A stretch of 63,222 bases of DNA, counting the filler, from Chrysochromulina tobinii (lineage: Eukaryota): the NCBI GenBank assembly GCA_001275005.1. It is 6 parts of 6 records of this genome, joined end to end, with 100 filler letters (N's around TTAATTAATTAA, not from the genome) between each part and the next. Parts side by side here need not be neighbours in the genome. Positions count along the whole stretch, not along the records: positions 21,893 to 40,892 come from JWZX01000572.1; 5 more parts are not named here. One strand, written 5' to 3'. How positions within the stretch are numbered: position 1 is the stretch's first letter; the number at the start of each line of letters is the position of its first letter. The position numbers were made by a program, and so were the translations under genes. Below, piece by piece: positions 32,201 through 40,992 of this stretch. The notes beneath the pieces were generated by a model. It saw nothing but the letters and a program-made list of their open reading frames with translations, ran no database searches and was not told the origin of the DNA.

Positions 32201-35200
32201 TCATCTTCGAGTTGGCGCGCATCTCCATTTGCCAATCGGCGCGCCAGTGGGCGTAGCCTGCGGCGAGCTTGGGCTTGGAAAGCCTAGCGCCCGCAGCAAT
32301 GAGCAGCCGCTTCTGGCGCTGCCGCTCATAGTGCATCTCGGCCCACGCCTCGAAGCCCATTGAGATCTCCTTCTTGCCCATGCGGCGTGCTGCCATCTGG
32401 CTGAGGTGCTCGATGCGCTTCTCCCTCTCCGCAGCGAGCTCCTGCTCAGCCCGCTGGCGCAAGAGCTCCTCCCGACCATTGCCACTCTCCATCGCCTCGC
32501 GCAGGGCCTCGAGAGCCTCGGTGGCCTTACGAAGGTTGACTTCGGCCAAATCGGCGCGCGCCTTTTCGCTTGCGAGTCGCTGCTTGTCCGTGAGGCGGGC
32601 GTCGGCTCTAATTTGGGACTGCCAGTCCATGCGCCAGTGCGTGTAGCCTGCGACCAGCTTCGGCTTCATGATTTTTGCGCCCGCAGCGAGCAGAAGGCGC
32701 TTGCGCCGCTGCGCCTCATAGTACATCTCCGACCACGTCGAGAAGCCCATCGCGATCTCCTTCTTGCCCAGCCGACGAGCCGCCATCTGGCTGAGGTGTT
32801 CGACGCGCTTCTCCTTCTCGCGCTCAGCGGCCTCCTCTGCCTGGCGACGGCGCTCGTTGTCGAGGGCAGTGCCGTTGAGGGCAGACTCGCGAGCGCGGGC
32901 AACCTCATCACGAAGCTTCGCAAGCTCCTCGTCCTTTTCATGGATGCGCTTCTCTTGAGCATCGAATCGCTCTTGAAGGGTCATGCTCGCGGCCGTCTTC
33001 ATCTCATCCTCCCAGTCGTGCTTCCACTGAGCGTAGCCTGCAGCCAGCTTGGGCTTGGAAAGCCTAGCGCCCGCAGCTGTGAGCAGCCGCTTCTGGCGCT
33101 GCCGCTCATAGTACATCTCGGCCCACGCCTCGAAACCCATCGAGATCTCCTTCTTGCCCATGCGGCGTGCCGCCATCTGGCTGAGGTGCTCGACGCGCTT
33201 CTCCTTCTCGTAAGCGGCTTGCTCCTCGGCCTGGCGACGGCGCTCGTTCTCGAGGGCAGTTCCGTTGAGGGCGGCTTCGCGAGCTTTGCTGAGCTCGACC
33301 TGCAGCTTGGAGATCGTCGCCTCTGCGTTGGCGAGCTTTGCCTGCTCGGCTTCAAGGCGCTCCTTGTGCGACATCTTGGAGACCAGGGTCATCTCCATCT
33401 GCCAGTCGCGTTTCCAGTGCGCGTAGCCGGAAGAAAGAGCAGGTTTGGCAAGCTTCGAGCCCGCAGCGGCGAGCAGCCGCTTCTGGCGCTGTGCCTCATA
33501 GCACATCTCCGACCAAGCCTCAAATCCACGTGAGATCTCCTTCTTGCCCATCCGACGGGCGGCCATCTGCGTGAGATGCTCGACGCGCTTCTCCTTGTCG
33601 AAAGCAGCTTGCTCCTGACGCTGACGTGCAAGCTCCTCCTCGCGAGCCGTGCCGTTTATGGCAGCTTCACGAGCCCGAGCGAGCTCCGCGCGGAGCTTTG
33701 CAATCTCGACGTCATTCGCAGCATTCTTCTTGAGCTCAACCGCGAGCTGCTCCGAGACCGTCATCTGGGCCGAAGCGATCATCTCATCGTCCCAGTCGCG
33801 CTTCCACTGAGCGTAGCCTGCAGCCAGCTTGGGCTTGGAAAGCCTGGCGCCAGCAGCTGTGAGCAGCCGCTTCTGGCGCTGCCGCTCATAGTACATCTCG
33901 GCCCACGCCCCGAAGCCCATCGCGATCTCCTTCTTGCCCATGCGGCGTGCCGCCATCTGGCTGAGGTGCTCGACGCGCTTCTCCTTCTCATACGCCGCCT
34001 GCTCTGCACGCTGGCGTGCAAGCTCCTCCTCGCGAGCCGTACCATCAAGGGCAGCTTGGCGAACTTTCTCGAGCTCATATCGTAGTTTTGACACCTCTGC
34101 CTCGAGCGCTCGTCGTTCCTCAGCAAAGATTTCTTTCTGGCTCTTGGTCTTGTTGCGCTGCGTCTCAAACTCCCAGTCGTGCTTCCAGTGCGTGTAGCCT
34201 GCGGCCATCTTGGGCTTGGCAATCTTGGCGCCGGCAGCTGCGAGCACCCGCTTCTGGCGCTGCGCCTCATAGTACATCTCCGACCACGTCTGGAAGCCCA
34301 TCGCGATCTCCCTCTTGCCCAGCCGACGAGCCGCCATCTGGCTGAGGTGTTCGACGCGCTTCTCCTTCTCGCGCTCGGCCTCCTCTGCACGCTGACGTGC
34401 AAGCTCCTCTTCGCGAGCCGTGCCGTTGAGGGCAGCCTCACGAGCTCGAGCGAGTTCATCCCGAACTTTGGTCAGCTCGGCAAGAGTGACATCATGCTTG
34501 GCCCTTTCCGCTGCGATTTTCTCGCTCGCCGTCATCGACGCCTCCTGCTTTTGCTCGTCCTGCCACGCGGCGCGCCAGAGAGCGTAGCTGGCACTCAGAG
34601 CAGGTTTGGCAAGCTTTGAGCCCGCTGCGGCGAGCAACCGCTTCTGGCGCTGCCGCTCATAGTACATCTCGGCCCACGCCCCGAAGCCCATCGAGATCTC
34701 CTTCTTGCCCATGCGGCGTGCCGCCATCTGGCTGAGGTGCTCGATGCGCTTCTCCCTCTCCTTAGCCGCTTCCTCCTCGAGCTGCCGCTGGCGCTCTTTC
34801 TCGCTCATTCCCTGCATAAGGGAAGACTTGCGTGCAAGGCTCAGCTCCTCCTTGACGCGCTCCAGCTCAACCTGCAGCTGCTCTCGCCTCTGCACCTCGT
34901 CGGCCAGCCGCTCCTTGGTGCTTTTCTTCGCGAGGATCTGCTGCTCCACCTTCCACTCCGTCCGCCACTGCACGTAGCTCGCCACTAGCTTGGGACGAGC
35001 GAGCTTCATCCCAGCCTGCGCAAGCACGCGTAGCTGCCGCCGCTTCTCGAGGTACTGCTCCTGCCAGGCTGACCAGCCGCGCATGATGTCCTGGTTGCCA
35101 ATGCGGCGAAGGGCTCGCTGCTGCAGGTAGGCAACGCGCTGCTCTTTCTCTTCCTCTTGCTTCTCCTTCATGCGCCGCTGCAGCTCGGCCTCTTGCGCAT

Positions 35201-37034
35201 TGCCAGTGAGCGCTTCGTCACGCAGCTTGGCGAGCTCAGCTCGCACGTCGTGCAGCTCCGCCTCAGCCTTTTGCCGCTTCTCAGTCTCGGCAGCTAGCCT
35301 CTCTTTCAGCGGCATGGTGGCCATGACACGCCTTTCCTCCTCCCAGTCGCGCTTCCAGTTCGCGTAGCACGCTGAAAGATGCGGCTTGGTCAGCTTGGCG
35401 CTGGCAGCCTGAAGCAGCCGCTTGCGTCGTCGGTGCTCGATGAACATGGGTTGCCACGTATCCCAGCCGCGAGACAGCTCCCTCTTGGCGAGGCGACGGA
35501 TGGCCATCTGGCACTGGTGCTCCACGCGCTTCTCCTTCTCGGCGGCGCCCTTCTCGGCTTCGGAGGCGTTCATTTGGAACTTCTCTGCCTCGGACGCTTC
35601 CAGGATGCGCCGCGTCTCGGAGAGATCCGCCTTGGTCTTCTCGAGCTCTGCCTGCATGCCCTTGCACAGCATCTCATACTCCGCCAGGCGCTGCTCGACG
35701 GTCATATTCGCCTTCTTCGCCTGCTCAGACTTCCAGCTGCTCTGCCAGTGCTGGTAGCCTGCGACGAGCCGTGGGCGCGGCAGTCGAGCGCCCGCTGCCT
35801 TGAGCATGCGCAAGCGGCGCTGCTTCTCCTGATGCGCCTCGAGCCACGCGGACAAGCCACGCGCAAGGCCCTTCTGCAGCAGTCGGCGCACGCCGACGGC
35901 CTGCAAGTGGGCGACGCGCTTCTCTCGCTCCTCCTCGAGCAAGCGCTCGGCCTCGGAACGCATGGAGTCGACGCCGCGGCTCACATCCGCCAGTCGCATG
36001 TCCTCTGCCAGTTCACGCTCGCGCACGCGCTCCTCCTTCTCGTGCTTGAGCTCGATCTCGAGCGCGCGGACGCGCTCGACGAAGCTACGGCGCTCCTCCT
36101 TGAAGGCCTCCGCCTGCGCATTCTTCTGCGCGAGCAGCTGCTCGTTGCTCTGCGTAGCCGCAGCGAGCTTGGCGTTGACCACCTCGAGCTCAGCCTCGAG
36201 CCGCACAATCTTGTCGAGAGCTGCTTGGAGCGCATCCTCCTTGGCGTTGATCTCGGCCTGCATCTGCGACTGCATCACGTCCTGCTCATTCTCCAAGCGC
36301 GAGAGCTCTGCCTCGAGCGCTAGACGCTGCTCGTGCATCGCCTTGGCGAGGTGGAGCTCTTCGGCGACCTTTTCTTGCTCGATATGAAGCGCCTCGTCAC
36401 GTGCGCGCTTCATCGCCATGAGAGCGCGCTCCTCTCCGATGCGTGCAATCTGGCGCTGCTCACGCTCCTGTACGAGTCGGTTCTGCGCAGCCCGCAGGAC
36501 GGACGCCGTGAGGCCGAGCTCGAACTGTAGCTGCTGGTTGGCCTGGCGTGCGGCCGGGCTGCGAGGCGTGACTTGCGGTGCCGGAAGCGAATATTCGCCC
36601 GGCGACCGCAGCGCAAAGATTTCGGAGCGCAGCCGCCCATCGCCGCCAGCCTTCTCCGGCGCCGAGCCGGGGCGCATGACCGTGGGGCCCTTGAGATGCG
36701 GCCGTACGTCTGGTGAAAAGAGCGGCGTGGCCGTCGACGACACGCGCGTCCGGGCCGACGATGGGCGCGTCGGCTGGGGATACACGACCAGCTGCGTGCC
36801 GTCTGCGGCCCCGGCTGACCTCAACTGCTTTGGTTGCTGGAGCTTGTTTTGCACCACCTTTTGCTGCGGCACCAAGTACGTCGTCGCAGCTGCTACACCA
36901 GCTGGATCTGTCCTCGAGTCGGGTTGATTGCGAGGCGATTGCCCCGGCGTGAGCTCATCGTTGATCTCCTCCCACGCACCAACCGCGATTGAGTTGGCGG
37001 GCACGTATCGGGATCGGGGCGGTAGCACCATCAT
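26280..37034 (-). CDS. Giant intronless coiled-coil protein (~3580 aa) with ~21 repeats of ~130 aa carrying Sfi1-like motifs, and six C-terminal EF-hands
   Basis: Single uninterrupted ORF (track 26280-37418; ATG 37034 is the more plausible start). Repeat EKRVEHLSQMAARRMGKKEISMGFEAW...KPKLAAGYAQWK with a ~390-nt period. EF loops include DPDKSGYIEFQE, DSDGNTELDFDE, DLDDSGTVDLSE, DKDKSGFIDREE and DPDGTGQLDYRE. Confidence 0.88.
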   Translation of the reverse strand: MMVLPPRSRYVPANSIAVGAWEEINDELTPGQSPRNQPDSRTDPAGVAAATTYLVPQQKVVQNKLQQPKQLRSAGAADGTQLVVYPQPTRPSSARTRVSSTATPLFSPDVRPHLKGPTVMRPGSAPEKAGGDGRLRSEIFALRSPGEYSLPAPQVTPRSPAARQANQQLQFELGLTASVLRAAQNRLVQEREQRQIARIGEERALMAMKRARDEALHIEQEKVAEELHLAKAMHEQRLALEAELSRLENEQDVMQSQMQAEINAKEDALQAALDKIVRLEAELEVVNAKLAAATQSNEQLLAQKNAQAEAFKEERRSFVERVRALEIELKHEKEERVRERELAEDMRLADVSRGVDSMRSEAERLLEEEREKRVAHLQAVGVRRLLQKGLARGLSAWLEAHQEKQRRLRMLKAAGARLPRPRLVAGYQHWQSSWKSEQAKKANMTVEQRLAEYEMLCKGMQAELEKTKADLSETRRILEASEAEKFQMNASEAEKGAAEKEKRVEHQCQMAIRRLAKRELSRGWDTWQPMFIEHRRRKRLLQAASAKLTKPHLSACYANWKRDWEEERRVMATMPLKERLAAETEKRQKAEAELHDVRAELAKLRDEALTGNAQEAELQRRMKEKQEEEKEQRVAYLQQRALRRIGNQDIMRGWSAWQEQYLEKRRQLRVLAQAGMKLARPKLVASYVQWRTEWKVEQQILAKKSTKERLADEVQRREQLQVELERVKEELSLARKSSLMQGMSEKERQRQLEEEAAKEREKRIEHLSQMAARRMGKKEISMGFGAWAEMYYERQRQKRLLAAAGSKLAKPALSASYALWRAAWQDEQKQEASMTASEKIAAERAKHDVTLAELTKVRDELARAREAALNGTAREEELARQRAEEAEREKEKRVEHLSQMAARRLGKREIAMGFQTWSEMYYEAQRQKRVLAAAGAKIAKPKMAAGYTHWKHDWEFETQRNKTKSQKEIFAEERRALEAEVSKLRYELEKVRQAALDGTAREEELARQRAEQAAYEKEKRVEHLSQMAARRMGKKEIAMGFGAWAEMYYERQRQKRLLTAAGARLSKPKLAAGYAQWKRDWDDEMIASAQMTVSEQLAVELKKNAANDVEIAKLRAELARAREAAINGTAREEELARQRQEQAAFDKEKRVEHLTQMAARRMGKKEISRGFEAWSEMCYEAQRQKRLLAAAGSKLAKPALSSGYAHWKRDWQMEMTLVSKMSHKERLEAEQAKLANAEATISKLQVELSKAREAALNGTALENERRRQAEEQAAYEKEKRVEHLSQMAARRMGKKEISMGFEAWAEMYYERQRQKRLLTAAGARLSKPKLAAGYAQWKHDWEDEMKTAASMTLQERFDAQEKRIHEKDEELAKLRDEVARARESALNGTALDNERRRQAEEAAEREKEKRVEHLSQMAARRLGKKEIAMGFSTWSEMYYEAQRRKRLLLAAGAKIMKPKLVAGYTHWRMDWQSQIRADARLTDKQRLASEKARADLAEVNLRKATEALEALREAMESGNGREELLRQRAEQELAAEREKRIEHLSQMAARRMGKKEISMGFEAWAEMHYERQRQKRLLIAAGARLSKPKLAAGYAHWRADWQMEMRANSKMTMQEKLEAEKKKLEDALAEAAKLRIELGKARQAALSGTAKEDEMRRQMEERQAMEKEQRVQHLTQMAVRRMGKKEISRGFEAWADMYFELVRRKRLLAAAGSKLAKPKLSGSYSLWKKDWEDQVVSKTFDAQEEMMKHQAEVAAENRKKIAEQEQELVKLRKELARAREAALNGTALEDERRRQVEEQAAYEKEKRVEHLTQMAVRRLGKKGIAMAWESWAEAYYERLRQKRLLAAAGSKLAKPHLSSAYTQWKHDWEDEKQVSATMTLKQRLDLEQSNLAAVNAKLAKVEAELARAREAALNGTALENERRRQAEEAAEREKEKRVEHLSQMAARRMGKKEIAMGFSTWVDQYEREQRNKRLLLVAGAKLAKPKLSAGYAQWRQDWEAEIKAVATMTYKEQLDSMATKLANTEADLAQARVELKRARDAALNGTAREDEIRRQMEEKAEAAKQQRVEHLSQMAARRFGKKEIARGFETWADLCMEMQRRKRLLLAASIRLTKPKLAAGYAHWRADWFEEMGRLQSMTQAERLAEEAAKAEAQRKNYLESEAELSKVRAELSKLREAVANGDALEVERQRQREEQAINEREKRVEHLTQMAVRRLGKKGIAMAWESWAEAYFEGARCKRLLTAAAVKLAKPRLSGGYTQWKLDWEHEMKMQKKMTLKERFDQKEAQLNAANAELSRLRIEFERARQAALNGTAKEDELRRQMEEKAALEKEKRVEHLTQMAARRMGKKEISRGFGAWSEMCYEAQRQKRLLKAASSRLTKPALSAGYALWKSDWETEMAALKHMSQGEQLAIQISRAEAAEAEARRAREEMNRKLATAQRERDELIARLSELDGGLAARELEMARQLEEEKEKRIAHLQRMAARRIMQKDLSRGMSAWIDMWESKRRNERLLRAASSRLAKPKLAASYGHWSQDWAVEQAKKRTSAKAAVAQMASGSAVDAELKAMKQELEAARAAAARAGGAEEEYRQLALEEAAKEREKRVEHLTQMAVRRLGKKELSMGWQTWSEVYLEDLRRKRLLRAAASRLAKPKLSAGYLQWKHDWEAEMLAQSKMTLVEKYKAEKTKAEKYKAELEKTAAELLKAREAALNGNAKEDEMRRQLAEKEAAEKQKRIEHITQMAVKRLGKKEISRGWTTWSEKYYAEARNKRLLAAAASRLTKPRLVFMYTHWRKDWEMEAVQLSHNTHKHHAKHAKAKAELAEAEAKKLKLDMEKKLKTALAERDELLAKLSLFDGGTAKSELELKRQLEEEKEKRIAHLQRMAARRIMQKDLSRGMSAWIDMWSTKKRQQRLLLAAAVRLAKPKVVSAYMHWRVDWKTSTLNKTSRVLGTAEQQAAELAARNRALEAELSHFRVELARLRESTATGESDLARAQAARAVAEKEARVEHLTQVAARRLGRKDMARGWTAWADAYLLRARQKRLLANAALRLSKPKLVHSFMDWKHEWELDHVMKFKMTHKERFEIERRNRESVEGKLYKVEVESVQKQEELKKALEDARAASLEHLRQLKEALRQIAFEKDASATMKVRADEALETEKLAKAAEEQMKKQMREQADEAERRLAKLLADQRRQLELEAAAIRTELETQLEALRSRLSKAQAAASQASSYRMKSPESSRGPVTGEKSSLRSVQLMYDPNKSVVDQLREGLKKNNTRVLDLFRDMGGDDDGKISKKDFRDAFAIMGPDFPPQVVDNTFDYFDPDKSGYIEFQEFDKFLRRAASIMNAGAASGPSLDGPKPPPKVQVPSKGNGMGMGKLKAAGAAAKLLSKTSPLGSIATRAATPEVDPTDLEGAGRGDFQSNMKIRVDDFMKADSDGNTELDFDEFRSMRIERCAKDGLPEPTEKELKDLFYRLDLDDSGTVDLSEYVQYALREALKESKGRVLDLFQEWDKDKSGFIDREEFAMAMQRMNFKCSQADILKIFSDLDPDGTGQLDYRELNQSLRRSLRKKPKMAAETDAKKKPSPGVRR

Positions 37035-37520
37035 TGGCGAATCCGGTCTGCGAAAAGGTGAGCAACGATCCTCAGGTGAGCCAGGGTGAACGGCTCGTGC
37101 AAGCGAGCGGCGGTGGCGCGTGTGTGCGCGCGGGTGTGCGTGCGCGGGTGCTGGCGATTGACGAGTGGCGCACATGCTGCTATCGGAGAGCGTCGGTGAC
37201 GGCCGATCGCCCGCTCCCGTGATAGTCTTGGGCAGCATGCTCCCGGTGTGACGAAAAGCGCCGAGATGGACAGACCCTGGTGCGGCGCTCGCGGTCGGCC
37301 GTGCAGCCCTGCGTCTCGTCCACGGCCGGCTGTCTGTTCTTCGGAAAGTCTGTTTTCTTGCCCTCGCTCGCGCAATCGCGTTGCGGGCATACATATCCTC
37401 GACCCCTTCGTTCAACATACGTCAGTGGCCTCTCGAAATTAACGGGACCACCTGAGCCCATTGTATTGTTTAATGTTGGCAGGTATTCACAGACACACTT
37501 CACTTCACGCGGTTTGGGAA

Positions 37521-39023
37521 ATGCTGACGTGGACGAACGATGCCGACGCCCCCGTTTGGCTGCTCTCGACCGCGCTTGCTGCTGCCGTTCTGTCCGTCTA
37601 CTGGCAGACGCTCTGCCCGACCGTGCCGGGTGGTGATTCTGGTGAGCTCATCCAGGTGGCCATCGAGATGGGCGTTGCTCACCCGCCGGGCTACCCAACC
37701 TGGACGATGATGGCGTACGCCTTCTCTCGGCTCCCATGGGGTGAGCCCGCGTGGCGAGTCAACCTGTCATCAGCCGTGTGCGGTGCGCTCAGCAGTGCGC
37801 TACTCTCCGCTGCCATCGGCTCGTGGGTCGGCTGCGCGTGGACTGGCATCGCGGCAGGCGGTGCCTTTGCCTTCTCGCCGCTCGTCTGGATGTACGCCGT
37901 GCAGGGCGAGGTCTTCGCGCTCAACAACCTGATGAACGCGCTGCTGCTCTTCCTGCTCGTCCGATACGATGCGCAGCCGACCCTCGGCCGCGCGTGCGCC
38001 GGCGCCTTCGCCATCGGCCTCGCACTCACCAACCAGCACACGATTATCTTCTTCTGCGCGCCCTATGCGGTTTGGGCGCTGCTCGTTGGCGGGCGAGCGC
38101 TCCTAACGCCGCGCGCGCTCGCGTGCCTAGTACTGAGCGGCCTGCTGGGCCTCTCGCCTTACGCGTACCTCGTGCTCGTGGGCGGCGAGCAGGCCGCGTG
38201 GGGCTCGTGGGGCGACACGACCTCGGTCCAGGGCTTCTTCATTCACCTGCTGCGTAGGGAGTATGGCACCTTCCGGCTCGCGAACACGGCCGCGATCACG
38301 GACGACGAGTTCGGGCTGCGCGTGCGCCGGTACTTTAGCTCGCTCACCGATGAGCTGCCGCCGCTCGGACCAGCCCTCGCCATCCTCGGCGCCGTGAGCG
38401 GTGTCTCGTCAGCCTTCGCTGGGATGCTTGGCCACGTCGGTGGCAGTGGCGGCAGCGCAGGCGCAGGCGCAGGCGTTGGTGGCAGCGGCGGCGGTGGTGG
38501 GCGTGGTGGCCGCGGCGCTAAGCTCGAGAGATGGCTACGCGCTGCTCCGAGCACGGCGACCAGCGGGGCGGCGACCAGCGGGGCAGCTGCTAGCGGCGGC
38601 GACGATGGCCGCTGCCCCTCCGCGACGCCTTCCGCTTTCAAGGCGCCATCCCGGGCACCTTCCATGTTAGGAGGTACGAGATCCGAGGAGGATGGCGCTG
38701 TTCTGAGCACGGTCGGCACGAGTCCGAATGTGGCATCAGAGGCGGAGGCGGCGGAGGCGGCGGAGGCGGCGGCGGTGGAGGCGGACGAGGCGGCCGCGGC
38801 GGAGGCGGCCGAGGCAGCAGCGGAGGCGGCCGAGGCAGCCGCGGCGGTGGCGGCGGCTGCGGCGGTGCTCGCGGAGGCGCGAGTGGCGGCAGTTAGAACT
38901 GCCAAGGCAGCCAAACGCAAAGATGCCCGGGAAGGTGCTCGGGAAGGCGCTCGGGACGGCGCCCGTGAAGGCGCCCGGGACGGCGCTCGGGACGGTGGCA
39001 CCGGCGCCGCTGTTGGCAGTGGT

Positions 39024-39054
<31 letters not shown>

Positions 39055-40892
39055 TCGTCGTCGGCGGCGGCGGCGAGCTCAGCGGCGGCGGCGGTGGCCA
39101 TGGCCTTGGGCTGCTCCTTGTGCTGTCATACGCTCTCTACGTGGGCGTCTTCAATTACATGTCCAATCTACCCGCCTCGTCCGAATTCTACCTCCAGGTG
39201 CAGCAGCGCTTCTGGCCGCAGGCCAACATGCTCTGCTGCGTCTGGTTTGCCCTCGGGCTGCGGCAGGTGAGTCTCGTCAATTGCCTCTGATTGCGTCTGA
39301 TTGCGTCTGATTGCGTCTGGTTTGCCCTCGGGCTGCGGCAGGTGAGTCTCGTCAATTGCCTCTGATTGCCTCTGATTGCCTCTGATTGCGTCTGATTGCG
39401 TCTGGTTTGCCCTCGGGCTGCGGCAGGTGAGTCTCGTCAATTGCCTCTGATTGCCTCTGATTGCCTCTGATTGCCTCTGATTGCCTCTGATTGCGTCTGG
39501 TTTGCCCTCGGGCTGCGGCAGGTGAGTCTCGTCAATTGCCTCTGATTGCCTCTGATTACCTCTGATTGCCTCTGATTGCCTCTGATTGCCTCTGATTGCC
39601 TCTGGTTGCGTCTGGTTTGCCCTCGGGCTGCGGCAGGTGGTGAGCGCGCTGCGCCGAGCACCGAGCGTACTGCCACCGTGGGCCCCGATGCTGCCCCGGT
39701 GGGCGTCGCCACTCCCGATGCCGTTGGCGACGGCGGCACTACTCTTCGTGCATGCATCTCACCACTACGACGCCTCCGACATGTCCCGAACCGTCATCTT
39801 CCGAGATTACGGCCTCGAGATGCTCCGAGGCATCCCCGACAAGCCGCGCGTCCTGCTCCTCACCCTGGGTGATGAGGTGCTCAACGCGGCGCGCTACGTG
39901 CACCGGCAGCTCGGCGTGCGCCCTCTGCATGCAAGTGCTCACCACGGCGCCCTCGCGTCTCCCCATAGGTGCTCAACGCGGCGCGCTACGTGCACCGGCA
40001 GCTCGGCGTGCGGCCCCAGCTGACGATCCTCGATCAGAACTACGTGCAGTTCGACTGGTTCGTGCGGCGCATCCGCGGCAAGGGTGAGTACGCGCAGCTC
40101 GAGCTGCCCGGCGTCTCCTACGGCACTGCCAAGGGCGCCTTCTTAATCAGGCAACTCATCGACGCCAATTACGACGGCTGGTCGATCTTCGTCGCGGGTG
40201 GCATGCACACCGCCGACTCGTCCTGGCAGCCCATCGAGGGCTACCCGCAGCTTGGCGGCTACCGTCTCTGGCCGCTCGGCATGGTCATGCAGATCTTGCG
40301 GGTCGAGAGCCGGATCAATCTGGACAAGTGAGGGCTGCTGATTGCGACTGAGTGCGACTGAGTGCGACTGAGTGCGACTGAGTGCACCCTACATCAGGTG
40401 GGCGTCCAAGTCGGAGAAGTTGCTGCCGCGGCTCGAGTGGCCGAAACCACCACCCGTGGGCTCGTGGGAGGAGGTCCTCGCGAAGAACCACTACCTGGCC
40501 GCGTACACCAACCGGCCGTACTACCCACTTCAGTACGCTTACGAGGCGCTGCCGGAGCGCGGTGGCTCGGCGGCGGAAGCGCGCGATCGTTTCTTGTTGG
40601 CCGCTCGGTTGCATGAGGCGTCGCACGACCTGACGCTCAACGGCTCGCGTGCGCTGCCCGACTACTTTTTCCGAAATTGGGGTGAGGGGATCGCGCCCTC
40701 CGATTGCCTCTGATTACCGTTGATGACCTCTGATTGTCCTCCTCATCGGCGTGCTGCAGGCGTCGCGTACTCGCAGCTGCTCGCGACGGAGCGATCGGAC
40801 GAGGGCGTCGCCGCGCTCAAGCAGCGCGCGATGAATGCGTTCCTCAAGTACCTTGCCTTCAGCACACTGACAGAGGAGGATCGGTTCACTGT
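37521..40892 (+). CDS. TMEM260: TMEM260-like (DUF2723) protein O-mannosyltransferase, 3'-truncated; exons 37521-39266, 39637-39876, 39969-40327, 40398-40681, 40760->40892
   Basis: PTVPGGDSGELI...GVAHPPGYPTW, AWRVNLSSA, EVFALNN, LTNQHT, HLLRREYGTFRL and RFWPQ. Four GT-AG introns keep the frame. Confidence 0.85.
39267..39636 (+). repeat. Intron of four tandem GTGAGT...(TTGCCTCTGA)n...exon-end-copy-CAG units
   Basis: Units 39267-39341, 39342-39426, 39427-39521 and 39522-39636. Confidence 0.9.
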
Positions 40893-40992
40893 NNNNNNNN
40901 NNNNNNNNNNNNNNNNNNNNNNNNNNNNNNNNNNNNTTAATTAATTAANNNNNNNNNNNNNNNNNNNNNNNNNNNNNNNNNNNNNNNNNNNN

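Noticed and set aside
26434..36927. Many plus-strand ORFs overlapping the giant protein, and similar long shadow ORFs elsewhere (e.g. 42474-44606, 41079-42038)
   Set aside because: Antisense or alternate-frame shadows are expected at this GC content, and they show no domain signal.
39267..39636. CRISPR-like repeat-spacer appearance (also 8192-8454 and 53654-53836)
   Set aside because: The spacers are themselves 10-mer repeats, the repeats are exon copies, the context is eukaryotic introns, and there are no cas genes.
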